Shown: positions 8,495 through 18,955, numbered from the stretch's first letter. The stretch is 64,000 nt of DNA from Phycisphaerae bacterium (GCA_050115495.1 JASFQK010000022.1:1-64000), one strand, 5' to 3'. The notes: generated by a model not told the origin, from the letters alone. Numbers and translations: made by a program.

Positions 8495-9765
8495 TTGTGC
8501 CATCGATTGACCTCATGGACGGCCGCGCCGTGCAACTGGTCGGCGGCCGCGAGAAAGTGCTCGACGCCGGCGATCCTCGACCGATCGCCGAGCGGTTTCG
8601 CCTGGCCGGCGAGATCGCGGTGATCGACCTCGACGCGGCGTTGGGACGCGGCTCGAACGCGGCAGTGATTCGTGACCTGTTGCGCATCGCCCCGTGCCGC
8701 GTGGGCGGCGGAATCCGCGACGCGGGCACCGCGTTGGAGTGGCTCGACGCCGGCGCTCACCAGGTCATCCTCGGCACGGCGGCGACTCCTGAGGTTCTGA
8801 GCCAGTTACCAAGCGAGCGGGTCATTGCCGCGCTCGACGCGGACGATGGCGAAGTCGTCGTGGAGGGTTGGCGGAAGCGCACCGGCCGGGGTGTCGCCGA
8901 GCGGATGAAGGAGCTGACCGGTCTGGTCGGCGGCTACCTGGTGACGTTTGTCGAACGTGAGGGCCGTCTGGCGGGTGTTGATATGGAGCGAGCCAGACAG
9001 CTCGTTGATCATGCGGGCGGCGCCCGGATCACGTTCGCGGGGGGAATCACAACGGCCGCTGAGATTGCCGAACTGGATCGACTCGGGGCGGACGCCCAGG
9101 TGGGCATGGCGATCTACACGGAACGACTCGAACTCGGCGCTGCCATCGCCGCCCCGCTCACCTCGGACCGCCCTGACGGCCTGTGGCCAACGGTCGTGGT
9201 CGACGAGCACGGCATTGCTTTGGGGCTGGCGTGGTCGAACCTGGAGAGCGTGTGCACGGCGGTGCGTACGCGGCGCGGCGTCTACCATTCGCGCTCACGC
9301 GGACGGTGGGTCAAGGGTGAGACTTCCGGCGCCACACAGGAACTGCTGCGTGTTGACCTCGACTGTGACCGTGACGCGCTGCGGTTTGCGGTGCGGCAAC
9401 GCGATCCGGGCTTCTGCCATCAGGGCACGCGCACTTGCTGGGGCTCCGACCGCGGACTGACGGCGTTGCCGAGACGCTTGAATCAGCGTGCGGAAAACGC
9501 GCCCCCGGGATCGTACACGCGGCGATTGCTTGATGATGCGCACCTCCTGCGAGCGAAGCTGATCGAAGAAGCCGGCGAGCTGGCGGACGCGGCGACGACG
9601 GGCGAAATCGCGGCCGAGGCGGCCGACTTGTTCTACTTCGCGTCGGTCGCCTTGGTGCGCGGCGGCGTGTCATTGGAAACCGTGGCGGACGAGCTGGATC
9701 GCCGGGCGCTGCGTATCACGCGCCGCCGCGGCGACGCAAAGACCACCCCGGAGCGCCAACCATGA
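8491..9765 (+). CDS. Fusion of a HisA-like barrel, HisI cyclohydrolase and HisE pyrophosphatase
   Basis: N-terminal IVPSIDLMDGRAVQL, IDLDAA, VGGGIR. Middle KGETSG...DCDRDAL...FCH..TRTCW (HisI). C-terminal SYTRRLL...KLIEEAGE...EAADLFYF (HisE). Confidence 0.9.
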   Translation: MIVPSIDLMDGRAVQLVGGREKVLDAGDPRPIAERFRLAGEIAVIDLDAALGRGSNAAVIRDLLRIAPCRVGGGIRDAGTALEWLDAGAHQVILGTAATPEVLSQLPSERVIAALDADDGEVVVEGWRKRTGRGVAERMKELTGLVGGYLVTFVEREGRLAGVDMERARQLVDHAGGARITFAGGITTAAEIAELDRLGADAQVGMAIYTERLELGAAIAAPLTSDRPDGLWPTVVVDEHGIALGLAWSNLESVCTAVRTRRGVYHSRSRGRWVKGETSGATQELLRVDLDCDRDALRFAVRQRDPGFCHQGTRTCWGSDRGLTALPRRLNQRAENAPPGSYTRRLLDDAHLLRAKLIEEAGELADAATTGEIAAEAADLFYFASVALVRGGVSLETVADELDRRALRITRRRGDAKTTPERQP

Positions 9766-11051
9766 ATACGTCCCTGCTCCGGCGCATCGACGCCGACGAA
9801 GTGCCGACGCTCCGCCGCGGTCCCGTGGACGCCGAGACATCGGCCGCGGCTGCGGCGATTGTCGACGATGTCAGAACGCGTGGCGCCGCGGCGGTCCGCG
9901 AGCACGCCGAGCGTCTGGGTGACCTGCGCCCCGGCGAGCCACTGATTCGTGAAGAGACCGAATTGCGAAACGCCCTTCGAGCGCTCGACGCGGCGCAGCG
10001 AGGGTTGCTGGAACGGACCGCCGCCCGCATTCGCGCGTTTGCCGAAGCGCAACGGCGCTGCCTGACCGACCTGACGTTTCCGATTGTCGGCGGCACGGCG
10101 GGTCACACCGCCGAGCCGCTGCAGTGCGCCGGCTGCTACGCACCGGCGGGGCGCTATCCGTTGCCCTCGTCCGTCCTGATGACCGCGGTCACCGCGCGCG
10201 TGGCCGGCGTCGAAGAGGTCTGGGTCGCGTCACCGCGGCCCACAGCGCTCACGCTGGCCGCGGCGGCCGTTGCCGGCGCAGACGCGCTGTTGGCGGTGGG
10301 CGGGGCGCAGGCGATTGCGGCTCTGGCCTACGGCGCCGCACCTGTGCCGCCCTGCGATGTGATTGTCGGACCGGGCAACCGTTGGGTGACCGCGGCGAAG
10401 AAGCTCGTCGCCGGCACCGTGTCGATTGACATGCTCGCCGGTCCATCGGAGCTGGTCATTCTAGCCGACGGCTCGGCCAATCCTGCGGTCGTCGCCGCGG
10501 ATCTGCTCGCTCAGGCCGAGCACGACGCCGATGCGCTGCCGGTGCTGATCGCGCTGGACAGCGACCTGGCCGTGGCCGTGGAGCGTGAGCTGGAGCAACA
10601 ACTCCGAGAGCTTCCGACGGCCGACACCGCACGAACGGCACTGGCGAACGGATTCGTCGTGCTCGCGGAATCGATCGAGGCGGCCGCTGCGCTGTGCGAT
10701 CGCCTGGCCCCTGAGCATCTGCACGTCGTCCTGCGCAACGCGGGAACGGTCGCCAGCCGCCTGCGGCACTACGGGGCCCTGTTCATCGGCGAGAGTAGCG
10801 GCGAAGTCCTGGGCGACTACGGCGCCGGACCCAACCATGTGTTGCCTACCGGCGGCACCGCCCGCTCAACAGGTGGCCTCTCTGTGTTGAGCTTCCTGCG
10901 GTTGAGGACCTGGCTGCGGATGGACGACGTCGCCGGCGCGAGCGCCTTGGCAGAGGACGCGGCTGAATTCGCCCGGTTGGAGGGGCTTGAGGCACACGCG
11001 CGGGCGGCCGAGCACCGAATGTGCCGCAATCACCACCGCCCGATGTCGTAG
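9762..11051 (+). CDS. hisD: Histidinol dehydrogenase
   Basis: PLPSSVLM, GGAQAIAALAYG, GPGNRWV, IDMLAGPSE, DLLAQAEH, APEHL, GDYGAGPNHVLPT, EGLEAH. ATGA overlap with the previous gene. Confidence 0.96.
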   Translation: MNTSLLRRIDADEVPTLRRGPVDAETSAAAAAIVDDVRTRGAAAVREHAERLGDLRPGEPLIREETELRNALRALDAAQRGLLERTAARIRAFAEAQRRCLTDLTFPIVGGTAGHTAEPLQCAGCYAPAGRYPLPSSVLMTAVTARVAGVEEVWVASPRPTALTLAAAAVAGADALLAVGGAQAIAALAYGAAPVPPCDVIVGPGNRWVTAAKKLVAGTVSIDMLAGPSELVILADGSANPAVVAADLLAQAEHDADALPVLIALDSDLAVAVERELEQQLRELPTADTARTALANGFVVLAESIEAAAALCDRLAPEHLHVVLRNAGTVASRLRHYGALFIGESSGEVLGDYGAGPNHVLPTGGTARSTGGLSVLSFLRLRTWLRMDDVAGASALAEDAAEFARLEGLEAHARAAEHRMCRNHHRPMS

Positions 11052-11234
11052 TGTCTCGCCCAGCGAACCAGCGTCGCCCAGTCGGCGGTCCCCAACACGC
11101 CCTAAATCGACTGGCAGTGCGTCTCCACGTCGTCATCGCAGATCATTGTCGGTACTCCAGCAGCCGTCACGAAGAGCAGAACCGAAGACAGGTGGTCGCC
11201 CTGCGGCAGCCGGTCATCGTCAATCACGGTCGGC

Positions 11235-11792
11235 GTGCGGCTGACCGAACGCGGCGTCGCCTGCCAGTGGGTCCCCTCGTACCTCATGTCCAAGGAAATG
11301 GTGGCGACGATCATTAAGACCTTCTCCGCCGAGGTTTCCTGCGTGACCGTCCGGACCAGCGGCGTTATCGGCGACCTGTTTTTGATCGGCTCGAACGGCG
11401 AACTGGAGCTCGGCCACGTGGCCTTCCTGGCCCGTCTCGCCGACCCCGAGATTGACGCGGACCTGGAGCGCATCAGCATGAACGATACCAGCCTCCTCGT
11501 CCGGACGTTCAAGTTCGGCCCGCTCGGTGTCCGCGAGTTCCTCGCGGAGTTCCCGGCCGACCTGCCGCTGAACACGGACGCCCACCCGATCGTGGAGTTC
11601 GGCGCCCCGCGGTTCCTGCTGGAACCGCGCATCGCCCGGAACTTCAACCAGCGCAGCGACCTGACCGGCAACCTGTCGCGACTCCTGGAGCTCATCGCCT
11701 TCGAGCGCAACGCCGACCGGCTGGCATCCGCTCGCACGGCGCAGCACAACATCCCGGGAGGCTCACCGGACGCTGTGCCGGTCACGCCATAG
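11235..11792 (+). pseudogene. C-terminal remnant of a fused membrane spermidine-synthase-like protein
   Basis: RLTERGVACQWVPSY and LNTDAHPIVEFGAPR match the C-terminal half of such proteins (from memory). No N-terminal part and no clear start. Confidence 0.55.
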
Positions 11793-12498
11793 CGGGCGCC
11801 GGCCACGCTCCCCCGGCCAACCCGACAGCCGGCCATCCCGTGTGGGTCACCGTGCAGTCGGTATCGAGCGGTGAAGCGACGTTGAGTACCGAGATGCGGG
11901 CGAGCTCCATCAGGGACTCGACCTGCATCTTTTCCAGAAGATGCTCGCGGTCCAGTTGAATCGTCCGCACGGTCAGCCTGAGCTCACGGGCAATCTGCTT
12001 GGGCGAGCAGCCCGCCAGGCTCCGTTCGAGCACCTTGCGCTCGCGGTCGGTCAGCAAGGCCAGGGCGGCGAGGTACTTCGCGTGTTCGGCCGCGGCCCGG
12101 CGGCAGTGGACGTCCCGAGAGAGAGCCTCCCGAATGCGCCGCACCAGCAGTTGGATGCGCACGGGCTTGTCGAGGAAATCGACGGCCCCGGAGCGAAACG
12201 CACGTGAGCTGGTGGCGACGTCGCCGTAGGCCGTGAGGAAGATGACGGGCACGTGGCTCCCCTGCGCCCGCAGCACGTCCTGGAGTGCCAGCCCATCCAT
12301 ACCCGGCATACGCAGGTCCGAGACCACGCAGCCCGGGCGCTGCGGATCGTGGACCTGGAGGAAGTCCTCGGCCCGCGAGTAGCTTTGCACACGCAGGCCG
12401 CAGGATTCCACGGCCGCTGAGAGACTCGTACGCACCGCAACGTCATCATCAATGACGAAGACGGTCGGCGTGTCGATCGGCTCGCTCCGTTCGCCCAT
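11782..12498 (-). CDS. FixJ/NarL-family response regulator
   Basis: VFVIDDD, VVSDLRMPGMDG, FLTAYGD, FLDKP, then a LuxR-type HTH (LTDRERKVL...KQIAREL). Confidence 0.9.
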   Translation of the reverse strand: MGERSEPIDTPTVFVIDDDVAVRTSLSAAVESCGLRVQSYSRAEDFLQVHDPQRPGCVVSDLRMPGMDGLALQDVLRAQGSHVPVIFLTAYGDVATSSRAFRSGAVDFLDKPVRIQLLVRRIREALSRDVHCRRAAAEHAKYLAALALLTDRERKVLERSLAGCSPKQIARELRLTVRTIQLDREHLLEKMQVESLMELARISVLNVASPLDTDCTVTHTGWPAVGLAGGAWPAPAMA

Positions 12499-14140
12499 CG
12501 TTGCCCCCATCGAGCCAGAACGGCAGCGTGAAGCTCAGGACCGTTCCCTCTGGCTCGTGTGGTTCCGCCCACAGCCGCCCGTCATGCCCCTCGATGATCC
12601 AGCGGCTGACGAATAACCCTACGCCGAATCCGTTCGGCTTGGTCGAGAAGAAAGGATCGAAGATCGACTGCTCGGTCCCCGGTGTGATGCCGACGCCCCG
12701 ATCGGACACGGCCACCTGCACGCATCCTTGCTCATTCTGCCAGGCTCGAACGGCCACCTCGCGCCGCTCGTCCGGCACCTGCTCGCAGGCGTCGACGGCG
12801 TTGCGCATCAGATTGAGAAGGACAACCTGGATCAGCAGCGGATCGACCGACGCGACCAGCGGCGACGGGGCCACTGCCACGGACAACCGCGCACGCCGTG
12901 CCTGAACCCGGGCACCCATCGCCTCCGCTGCGGCGCGCACGATCTCCGCCACGTCGGCCAGAACACGCTGCGCCCGCCGTCGCCGCATGAGACCCCGCAG
13001 CCGACTCGTGACTTCGCTGGCCCGGTCAACCTGTTCGAGAATGCCCTGCAACCATTGTCGAAGCGACGGTACCTGGGTGACGAGCGTGTCGAGGTGGTTC
13101 AGCGCGGCGTCGGCGTAGCCCATAATGGCCGCCAGTGGCTGGCCCAGCTCGTGTGTGACCGCGGTCGCGGTTCCAGCGACGGCGGCCATCCGCCACGTCT
13201 GAGCCAGCGCCACCTGGTGCGAGCACTCCCGCTGCTGAGCCTGCCGCAGGAACGCATCCGTCTTGTGGCACTCGGCGATTTCGTGGTCGATACGACGGCG
13301 CGCCATCTGCAGTTCCGCCGTGAGCTCGGTCACGCGAAGTCGCAGGTTCTCGTTCAGCCTCCTGGCGGTCTGTTCCGCCTCCTTGTGCCTGGTGATATCG
13401 CGAATCAGCGATTGTGTGCCAACGACCCGGCCATCCTGGGCAACGGCGGTCACGGCCATTTCCACCCAGATCCGGCCGCCGTCCTCGCGTTGGCCCTGAA
13501 ACTCGAAGCGCGTGGCCGCCCCCCCGCCCCGTACGCACCGCTCGTGGCAATCGCGCAGATGGTCGCGGTACTCGGGTGCCGCGCAATCCTCCAGCCGGGC
13601 CTTGGACAGGTCGTCGCGAACGAACCCAAACATCTGGAGAAACGCCTCGTTGGCGTACACGATTCGAGCCGGCACGTGCGTGTCGGTGAGGTCCACAACG
13701 AGCACGCTGTCCGGCAACGAGTCCAGGATGCCGCGGAAAGCCGAGGCCTGGTCTCTCGGCGGCGCGCTCGCCTGTGCGAGAAGCACGGAAGGAGACAGCC
13801 CGCCTCGCTCCTCGTGCGGTGCGCAAGTTGCCCGTGGGTCCCCGTTGTCTCCTGTTTGGCCGCCCCGCCTCGTTGGGAGTGGTCGTCCAGCACCACCCAC
13901 GGTGTACCCTCGCATCGCTCGGCCGGGGTGCTCGCCAGACACACTGCCCCGGTGGGAGAAACGAACGCCGTGACCCGGTAGGCCGCCATCGGAGCCTTCC
14001 CCATCTAGGCGCGATTGCGCATTTGCCCGCGAGTCGGACTGGTCGGCGTTGCGGCGGTCACGCCGCGGAAGACCGCTGTTGCTCGGCCTTGCAGCGGATG
14101 TTATCGGCTGTTCAGGAAAACACCTTATGCATTTTTCCAC
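12449..14140 (-). CDS. PAS-domain sensor histidine kinase (FixL-like)
   Basis: PAS/PAC (IVYANEAF...IRDIT), H box THELGQPL, N box NLMRNAVDA, DRGVG, FFSTKPNGFGVGL. True start is probably well downstream of 14140. Confidence 0.88.
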   Translation of the reverse strand: MEKCIRCFPEQPITSAARPSNSGLPRRDRRNADQSDSRANAQSRLDGEGSDGGLPGHGVRFSHRGSVSGEHPGRAMRGYTVGGAGRPLPTRRGGQTGDNGDPRATCAPHEERGGLSPSVLLAQASAPPRDQASAFRGILDSLPDSVLVVDLTDTHVPARIVYANEAFLQMFGFVRDDLSKARLEDCAAPEYRDHLRDCHERCVRGGGAATRFEFQGQREDGGRIWVEMAVTAVAQDGRVVGTQSLIRDITRHKEAEQTARRLNENLRLRVTELTAELQMARRRIDHEIAECHKTDAFLRQAQQRECSHQVALAQTWRMAAVAGTATAVTHELGQPLAAIMGYADAALNHLDTLVTQVPSLRQWLQGILEQVDRASEVTSRLRGLMRRRRAQRVLADVAEIVRAAAEAMGARVQARRARLSVAVAPSPLVASVDPLLIQVVLLNLMRNAVDACEQVPDERREVAVRAWQNEQGCVQVAVSDRGVGITPGTEQSIFDPFFSTKPNGFGVGLFVSRWIIEGHDGRLWAEPHEPEGTVLSFTLPFWLDGGNDGRTERADRHADRLRH

Positions 14141-14649
14141 AGCCTTCTACGGACCGCGCAACTACCGCGCCCGGTGCCGCGCGGAGCGCAGTCAATCCGG
14201 GGAGTCTCCGAACATCTGGCTTGTGAAATGCTGCTGATGGAAGCTGAGGTCAGGCGGGCGGGAAAACCTGGGGGACGGGGCGTGTGCGCAACAAACAGGC
14301 CCTCGCGGCGGAGGGCTCCTCCCTGACGCTGCGGAGTGGCTGGCGCTCGTGGGCCGCTCGGTGCGTTTATGCGTATCACCAGACGGCCCGACGAGCGCAG
14401 CAGCTTGCGATCTGCTACAGGAACGTGAAAACGAGTTCGAAGATCGCAATCAGCAGTTGGAAGATCCAGCTGAAAACGTCCATTCCGAGTCTCCTTCAAG
14501 GACAATCACACTGCGCTCGGGTCCGTGCCCAATCCATTGAGCCTACCCGTATACACGCGACGACGCCGAATTATGCGTCCATATCGGACTACATACAAGC
14601 TCGACCGTACCCTTTCCGACCGGAAGGGCTGTCGGCCGCCCGGGGCGGC

Positions 14650-14901
14650 CTAGGGCGTGGTCGAGCTGCTCTGGCCCAGGTCAGTGATGGCGGAGTTCAA
14701 CTCGCCGCCGACGGTGCTGAAGACCGTGCTCATGGAATCCTCGAAGACGCCAAGGGCGCCCTGCATCACCGTCTGACGGATCGTGTCGTCACAGCCGGTG
14801 CAGATCAGCAGGGCTAGCGTCAGTACGAGGATTGCGCCGTAAGCGCAGATGCTGCGCTGCCCGTGTTGCCGACCGTTCGTTCGCTTCGTGCGTCTGGTCA
14901 T
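14650..14901 (-). CDS. Small lipoprotein
   Basis: Basic N-terminus MTRRTKR, a hydrophobic stretch, and a lipobox-like ICTGC; 83 aa. Confidence 0.6.
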   Translation of the reverse strand: MTRRTKRTNGRQHGQRSICAYGAILVLTLALLICTGCDDTIRQTVMQGALGVFEDSMSTVFSTVGGELNSAITDLGQSSSTTP

Positions 14902-15091
14902 CGTAAGCTCCGCTTCCGTCTTCACTTGCCAACGGCCTCGCCGACAGCAACCACAAGTGTGCCGCGAGCCACCCGTAGTAGTGCAACCGCCGTGCCCGGC
15001 GAGCGGCGGCGGGCAACGGCGACACGACAGACCCGTGAAGTTCTGGTACGCTGATGCCCGCCACACGTCGGCAGCATGCGGGAGCACGCTG

Positions 15092-16024
15092 ATGCTGAAG
15101 ATCACCTGGGCAGACATCGCCGGAGAGGACGAGTCGCTGGCTCGCTGCCTGGGAGTGGTGCTGGAGGCGGCGGGCGGGCGAAGGCCATACGACGAGCTGG
15201 TGAGCCTGCTGGGGCTGGGGGCGGCGACGGTGGCCGTGGAGGGGATGAACCCATCGTGGTGGCCGACGTGCGGGCGGGATGTGGCCCTGGATTCGACGGC
15301 GGTGCTGCTGGGGATGCGGGTCCGAGAACTGCACCCCCCTGCCGCGGCGGTCGGACTCGAACGGTCCAGCGAGTATGCGGCGCATTTTCGGGATAGCTAT
15401 GCGCCGCTGGTACGGGTGGCACTGGCGAACGATCAGCCGGTGCTGGCGTGGTGCGGGTGGCCGGCGCCGGCGGAGCGGTGCTGGGGCGTGATCGTACGGG
15501 CGCGTGAGGAGGCGCTGATCGGGTACGTCGGCGGGCATGACGGGCAGCCGGTGGAGCTCGTTGGGCCGGCGCTGCAAGCGCACGTGATCGAGGATTGCCA
15601 CCCCACCGCCGCGACGGCGGAGCAGCATCCAGCGTTGTTCGAGCATGCGGTGCGTGTGGCGGAAATGTGGTATCGGGGTGGGATGCGCGAAGGAGCGGTG
15701 CGGACGGGGGCGGCGGCGTGGGCGCTGTGGGGCGAGGTCGTGGCGCAGCAGGTTGTGCCGGCGGAGTGGCACCTGCCGGCGATTCGGGCGGTGGTCGACG
15801 GGCGACGGTGCCTGGCGGCGTGGCTCGAACACATCGCCGGTGACCTGAACGCCGGCCAGCGGGCCATCGCCGACGAGTGGCTGGACACGTGTGCCGAGGT
15901 GGCGGCGCTGCTGGCGCCGCTGGTGTTACGGCCGGAAGAGGCGACGCTGGCGAAGGCGATTGCGGCGGCCGGCCGGCGTGAGGCCGCCCTGCTACCCCGG
16001 CTGGCCAAGGTGGGGCATACATGA
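15092..16024 (+). CDS. Hypothetical protein coupled to dprA (possibly BtrH/papain-like fold)
   Basis: Coding-like codon use and ATGA overlap with dprA. The segment ALANDQPVLAW...WGVIV is only weakly suggestive of fold. Confidence 0.6.
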   Translation: MLKITWADIAGEDESLARCLGVVLEAAGGRRPYDELVSLLGLGAATVAVEGMNPSWWPTCGRDVALDSTAVLLGMRVRELHPPAAAVGLERSSEYAAHFRDSYAPLVRVALANDQPVLAWCGWPAPAERCWGVIVRAREEALIGYVGGHDGQPVELVGPALQAHVIEDCHPTAATAEQHPALFEHAVRVAEMWYRGGMREGAVRTGAAAWALWGEVVAQQVVPAEWHLPAIRAVVDGRRCLAAWLEHIAGDLNAGQRAIADEWLDTCAEVAALLAPLVLRPEEATLAKAIAAAGRREAALLPRLAKVGHT

Positions 16025-17175
16025 CGAACACCATTACCGAGACGGGGCGGCTGTACCTGCGATGGGCGCTGACCGACGGTATCGGCCCGATCACGTTCAC
16101 ACGCGTGCTGAACCACTTCGGCGACGCGGCGGTGGCGTTGGGGGCGAGTGCGGTCGAGTTCGAGAAGGTTCACGGCATCGGCCGCGTGCTGGCGGACAAG
16201 GTGGTGCGCTCGCGCGACGAGGCAGCGATCGACGGCGAGATTGAGGCCGCGGCGGCGAACGGGGCGCGGATTATCTGTCGGGCGGATCCCGAGTATCCGC
16301 CGGGGCTGAGGCAGATTCCGGATGCGCCGATTGTGCTGTTCGTGAAGGGGGAGCTGCGCGAGACGGACACCGTTGCCATGGCCATCGTCGGCACGCGGCG
16401 GTGCAGTATCTACGCGGGCGAGCAGGCCCGGCGGTTCGGCGAGCTGCTGGCCGGAGCGGGGCTGACGGTGGTCAGCGGGCTGGCGCGCGGCGTCGATGCG
16501 TTCGCGCACCATGGGGCGCTCGACGCGGGCGGCCGGACGTTAGCCGTGCTCGGGGCGGGGTTGACGGAGATCTATCCGCCGGAGAACGCCAGTCTGGCGG
16601 AGCGGATTCTGCCGAACGGAGCGTGGATCAGCGAATTGCCGATGTGCACGTCGGTTCGGCGGGAGAACTTCCCGAGCCGGAACCGGATCATCGCCGGCAT
16701 GACGCTGGGGACGTTGGTCATCGAGGCGCCGATGCGGAGCGGGGCGCTCATCACGGCGCGGCTGGCGAGCGATTACAACCGCGAGGTCTTCGCCGTTCCG
16801 GGGCGACTTCAGGAACCGACGGCGGCAGGCACGAATGCCCTGATCCGCGATGGTGTGGCCAAGCTGGTGACGTGCCTCGAAGACGTGCTCGATGAGCTGG
16901 GCGAGGTCGGGCTGAAGCTGCGGGCGACGGGCGGCGCCGAGCCCGATGCCAAGCCCGCGGGTGGCGAGCCGGGCGGCGCGGTGCCGGTTCGCCTGTCGGC
17001 GGCGGAGGAGCGCGTCCTGAGCATCGTGCCGGTCGAGCCGATGTTGCAGGATGTGGTCCTGCGGGCGGCGGAGCTGCCGCCGGGAGAGGTGCTCGCGGCG
17101 CTGACCACGCTCGAATTGAAGGGGCTGGTCAAGCGCTGGCCGGGGAACCTGGTGTCCCGGGGGCGGCAGGCGTAG
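16021..17175 (+). CDS. dprA: DNA-processing protein DprA
   Basis: AIVGTR, VVSGLARGVD, AVLGAG, FPSRNRIIAG, SGALITA, REVFAVPG, GTNALIRDG, C-terminal winged helix. Confidence 0.95.
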   Translation: MTNTITETGRLYLRWALTDGIGPITFTRVLNHFGDAAVALGASAVEFEKVHGIGRVLADKVVRSRDEAAIDGEIEAAAANGARIICRADPEYPPGLRQIPDAPIVLFVKGELRETDTVAMAIVGTRRCSIYAGEQARRFGELLAGAGLTVVSGLARGVDAFAHHGALDAGGRTLAVLGAGLTEIYPPENASLAERILPNGAWISELPMCTSVRRENFPSRNRIIAGMTLGTLVIEAPMRSGALITARLASDYNREVFAVPGRLQEPTAAGTNALIRDGVAKLVTCLEDVLDELGEVGLKLRATGGAEPDAKPAGGEPGGAVPVRLSAAEERVLSIVPVEPMLQDVVLRAAELPPGEVLAALTTLELKGLVKRWPGNLVSRGRQA

Positions 17176-17276
17176 GCAGTGGTCGCGTCGACTCCACGGC
17201 GGCGACGCCGTCCGTCCGAGCCCTAAGCGGCAGCGACGGGTTGCCGCGGGTGACCGTGCTGTTTGCGCAAACCGAC

Positions 17277-17433
17277 GGGTGCCACTGGTGGCTTGCCCAC
17301 CAGTGCCAGAGCGTGTCGGCGATCGACGTCGGCCACGGGGGGCCGACGCTACATGCCGGCGCCTTCGGCTTCAGCATGCCACACTCCGGCTGACGGCTCG
17401 CCGAAGACGGCCGGCACGGAAACCGGCCGCTAC
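17277..17433. repeat. Cluster of REP-like palindromes between dprA and cysS
   Basis: GGGTGCCACTGGTGGCTTGCCCACCAGTGCC (17277-17307), CGTCGGCCACGGGGGGCCGACGCTAC (17327-17352) and ACGGCCGGCACGGAAACCGGCCGCTAC (17407-17433). The last two end in CTAC (GTAG on the minus strand). Confidence 0.75.
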
Positions 17434-17497
17434 AAGATGGCGGGGGTTGGACGTACAATGCGGGGGCGGTGCAGAACATGGTCACGTGAGGGTTCTC

Positions 17498-18955
17498 ATG
17501 GCACTGAAGGTCTTCAACACGCTCGGTCGCAAGCTGGAAGAGTTCCAGCCACTCAACCCGCCCAAGGTCGGCGTCTACGTCTGCGGGCCGACGGTGTACG
17601 GTCACAGCCACCTGGGCCACGCCAAGAGCTACGTCGGGTTCGACGCCATCATCCGCTGGCTGCGGTTCAGCGGGTACGAGGTCACGTACGTGCAGAACAT
17701 CACGGACGTGGGACACCTCACCGATGACGCCGACGCGGGCGAGGACAAGGTCATCGCCGAGGCCCGCCGCCGGGGACTGCACCCGATGGCGGTCGTCGAG
17801 ATCTTCATGCGCAGCTATCTCGAAGACATGGACGCGATGAACATCGCCCGGCCGGACATCATGCCACGGGCGTCGGGGCATATCCCCGAGCAGATCGCGT
17901 GCGTGCAGAAGCTGCTGGAGACGGGCAACGCGTACGAGGTGAACGGCTCGATCTACTTCGACGTGCAGTCGTTCAAGGGCTACGGCAAGCTGAGCGGACG
18001 GAACGTGGCGGAGATGGAGGCCGGGGCCCGCGTCGCCGTCAATGAGGAGAAGCGGCACCCCGCCGACTTCGCCCTGTGGAAGCGGGCCGAGCCGGGGCAC
18101 ATCATGCAGTGGGCCAGCCCGTGGGGACAGGGTTTCCCCGGCTGGCACCTCGAATGCTCGGTGATGAGCCAGAAGTACATCGGCGACACGCTGGACATTC
18201 ACGGCGGCGGACTCGAAAACCAGTTCCCCCACCACGAGTGCGAGATCGCCCAGGGCGAATGTGTCACGGGCAAGCCGTTCTGCCGCTACTGGCTACACAA
18301 CAACATGTGCACGCTGAACGGGCAGAAGATGGGCAAGAGCCTGGGCAACTCGATCAGCCTGAAGGAGATCTTCCACACGGGGCACCGGCTGCTGGAGAAG
18401 ACGTTCGCGCCGGTGGTCATCAAGCACTTCATCCTGACGAGCCACTACCGGGCGCCGCTGGATTTCTCGAACGACGCGCTGAAGGCCGCCGAGAGCGGGA
18501 GCTACAAGCTGCGCGATGCGCTGCGGACGCTGGGTGAGGCCGCCGACAAGGCCCCGGAACGGCCGGCGACGGACGCGGTCCGCACGGCGCTGGCCGACGT
18601 CGAGACGCGTTTCACGGCGGCGATGAACGAGGACTTCAACACGGCGGCGGCCATCGCCACGCTGTTCGACCTGGCCAAGCTCTCCGGCGTGTGGATCCGT
18701 GAAGGCGCCGGCCGCGAGGACCTGTCGGCGGCGCACACGCTGATGCAGCGGTTCGCCGGCGACGCCCTCGGCCTGAAGTGGCCGGACGACACCGCCGGCG
18801 ACAACACACGTGCGGACGCGGTCATCGGCATTCTGGCCGACCTGCGCAACGAGGCCCGCAAGAGCAAGAACTTCGCGCTATCAGACCAGATCCGCGATCG
18901 GCTGGGCGAGATCGGCGTCGAACTCCGGGATACGCCGGAAGGGACGAAGTGGTAG
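17498..18955 (+). CDS. cysS: Cysteine--tRNA ligase
   Basis: [12 protein letters not shown] (HIGH motif), [35 protein letters not shown]. Confidence 0.97.
   Translation: MALKVFNTLGRKLEEFQPLNPPKVGVYVCGPTVYGHSHLGHAKSYVGFDAIIRWLRFSGYEVTYVQNITDVGHLTDDADAGEDKVIAEARRRGLHPMAVVEIFMRSYLEDMDAMNIARPDIMPRASGHIPEQIACVQKLLETGNAYEVNGSIYFDVQSFKGYGKLSGRNVAEMEAGARVAVNEEKRHPADFALWKRAEPGHIMQWASPWGQGFPGWHLECSVMSQKYIGDTLDIHGGGLENQFPHHECEIAQGECVTGKPFCRYWLHNNMCTLNGQKMGKSLGNSISLKEIFHTGHRLLEKTFAPVVIKHFILTSHYRAPLDFSNDALKAAESGSYKLRDALRTLGEAADKAPERPATDAVRTALADVETRFTAAMNEDFNTAAAIATLFDLAKLSGVWIREGAGREDLSAAHTLMQRFAGDALGLKWPDDTAGDNTRADAVIGILADLRNEARKSKNFALSDQIRDRLGEIGVELRDTPEGTKW

Noticed and set aside
14140..14650. Possible riboswitch or small gene upstream of the sensor kinase
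   Set aside because: Only a short inverted repeat (TTGCGATCT/AGATCGCAA); no known RNA motif or convincing ORF.
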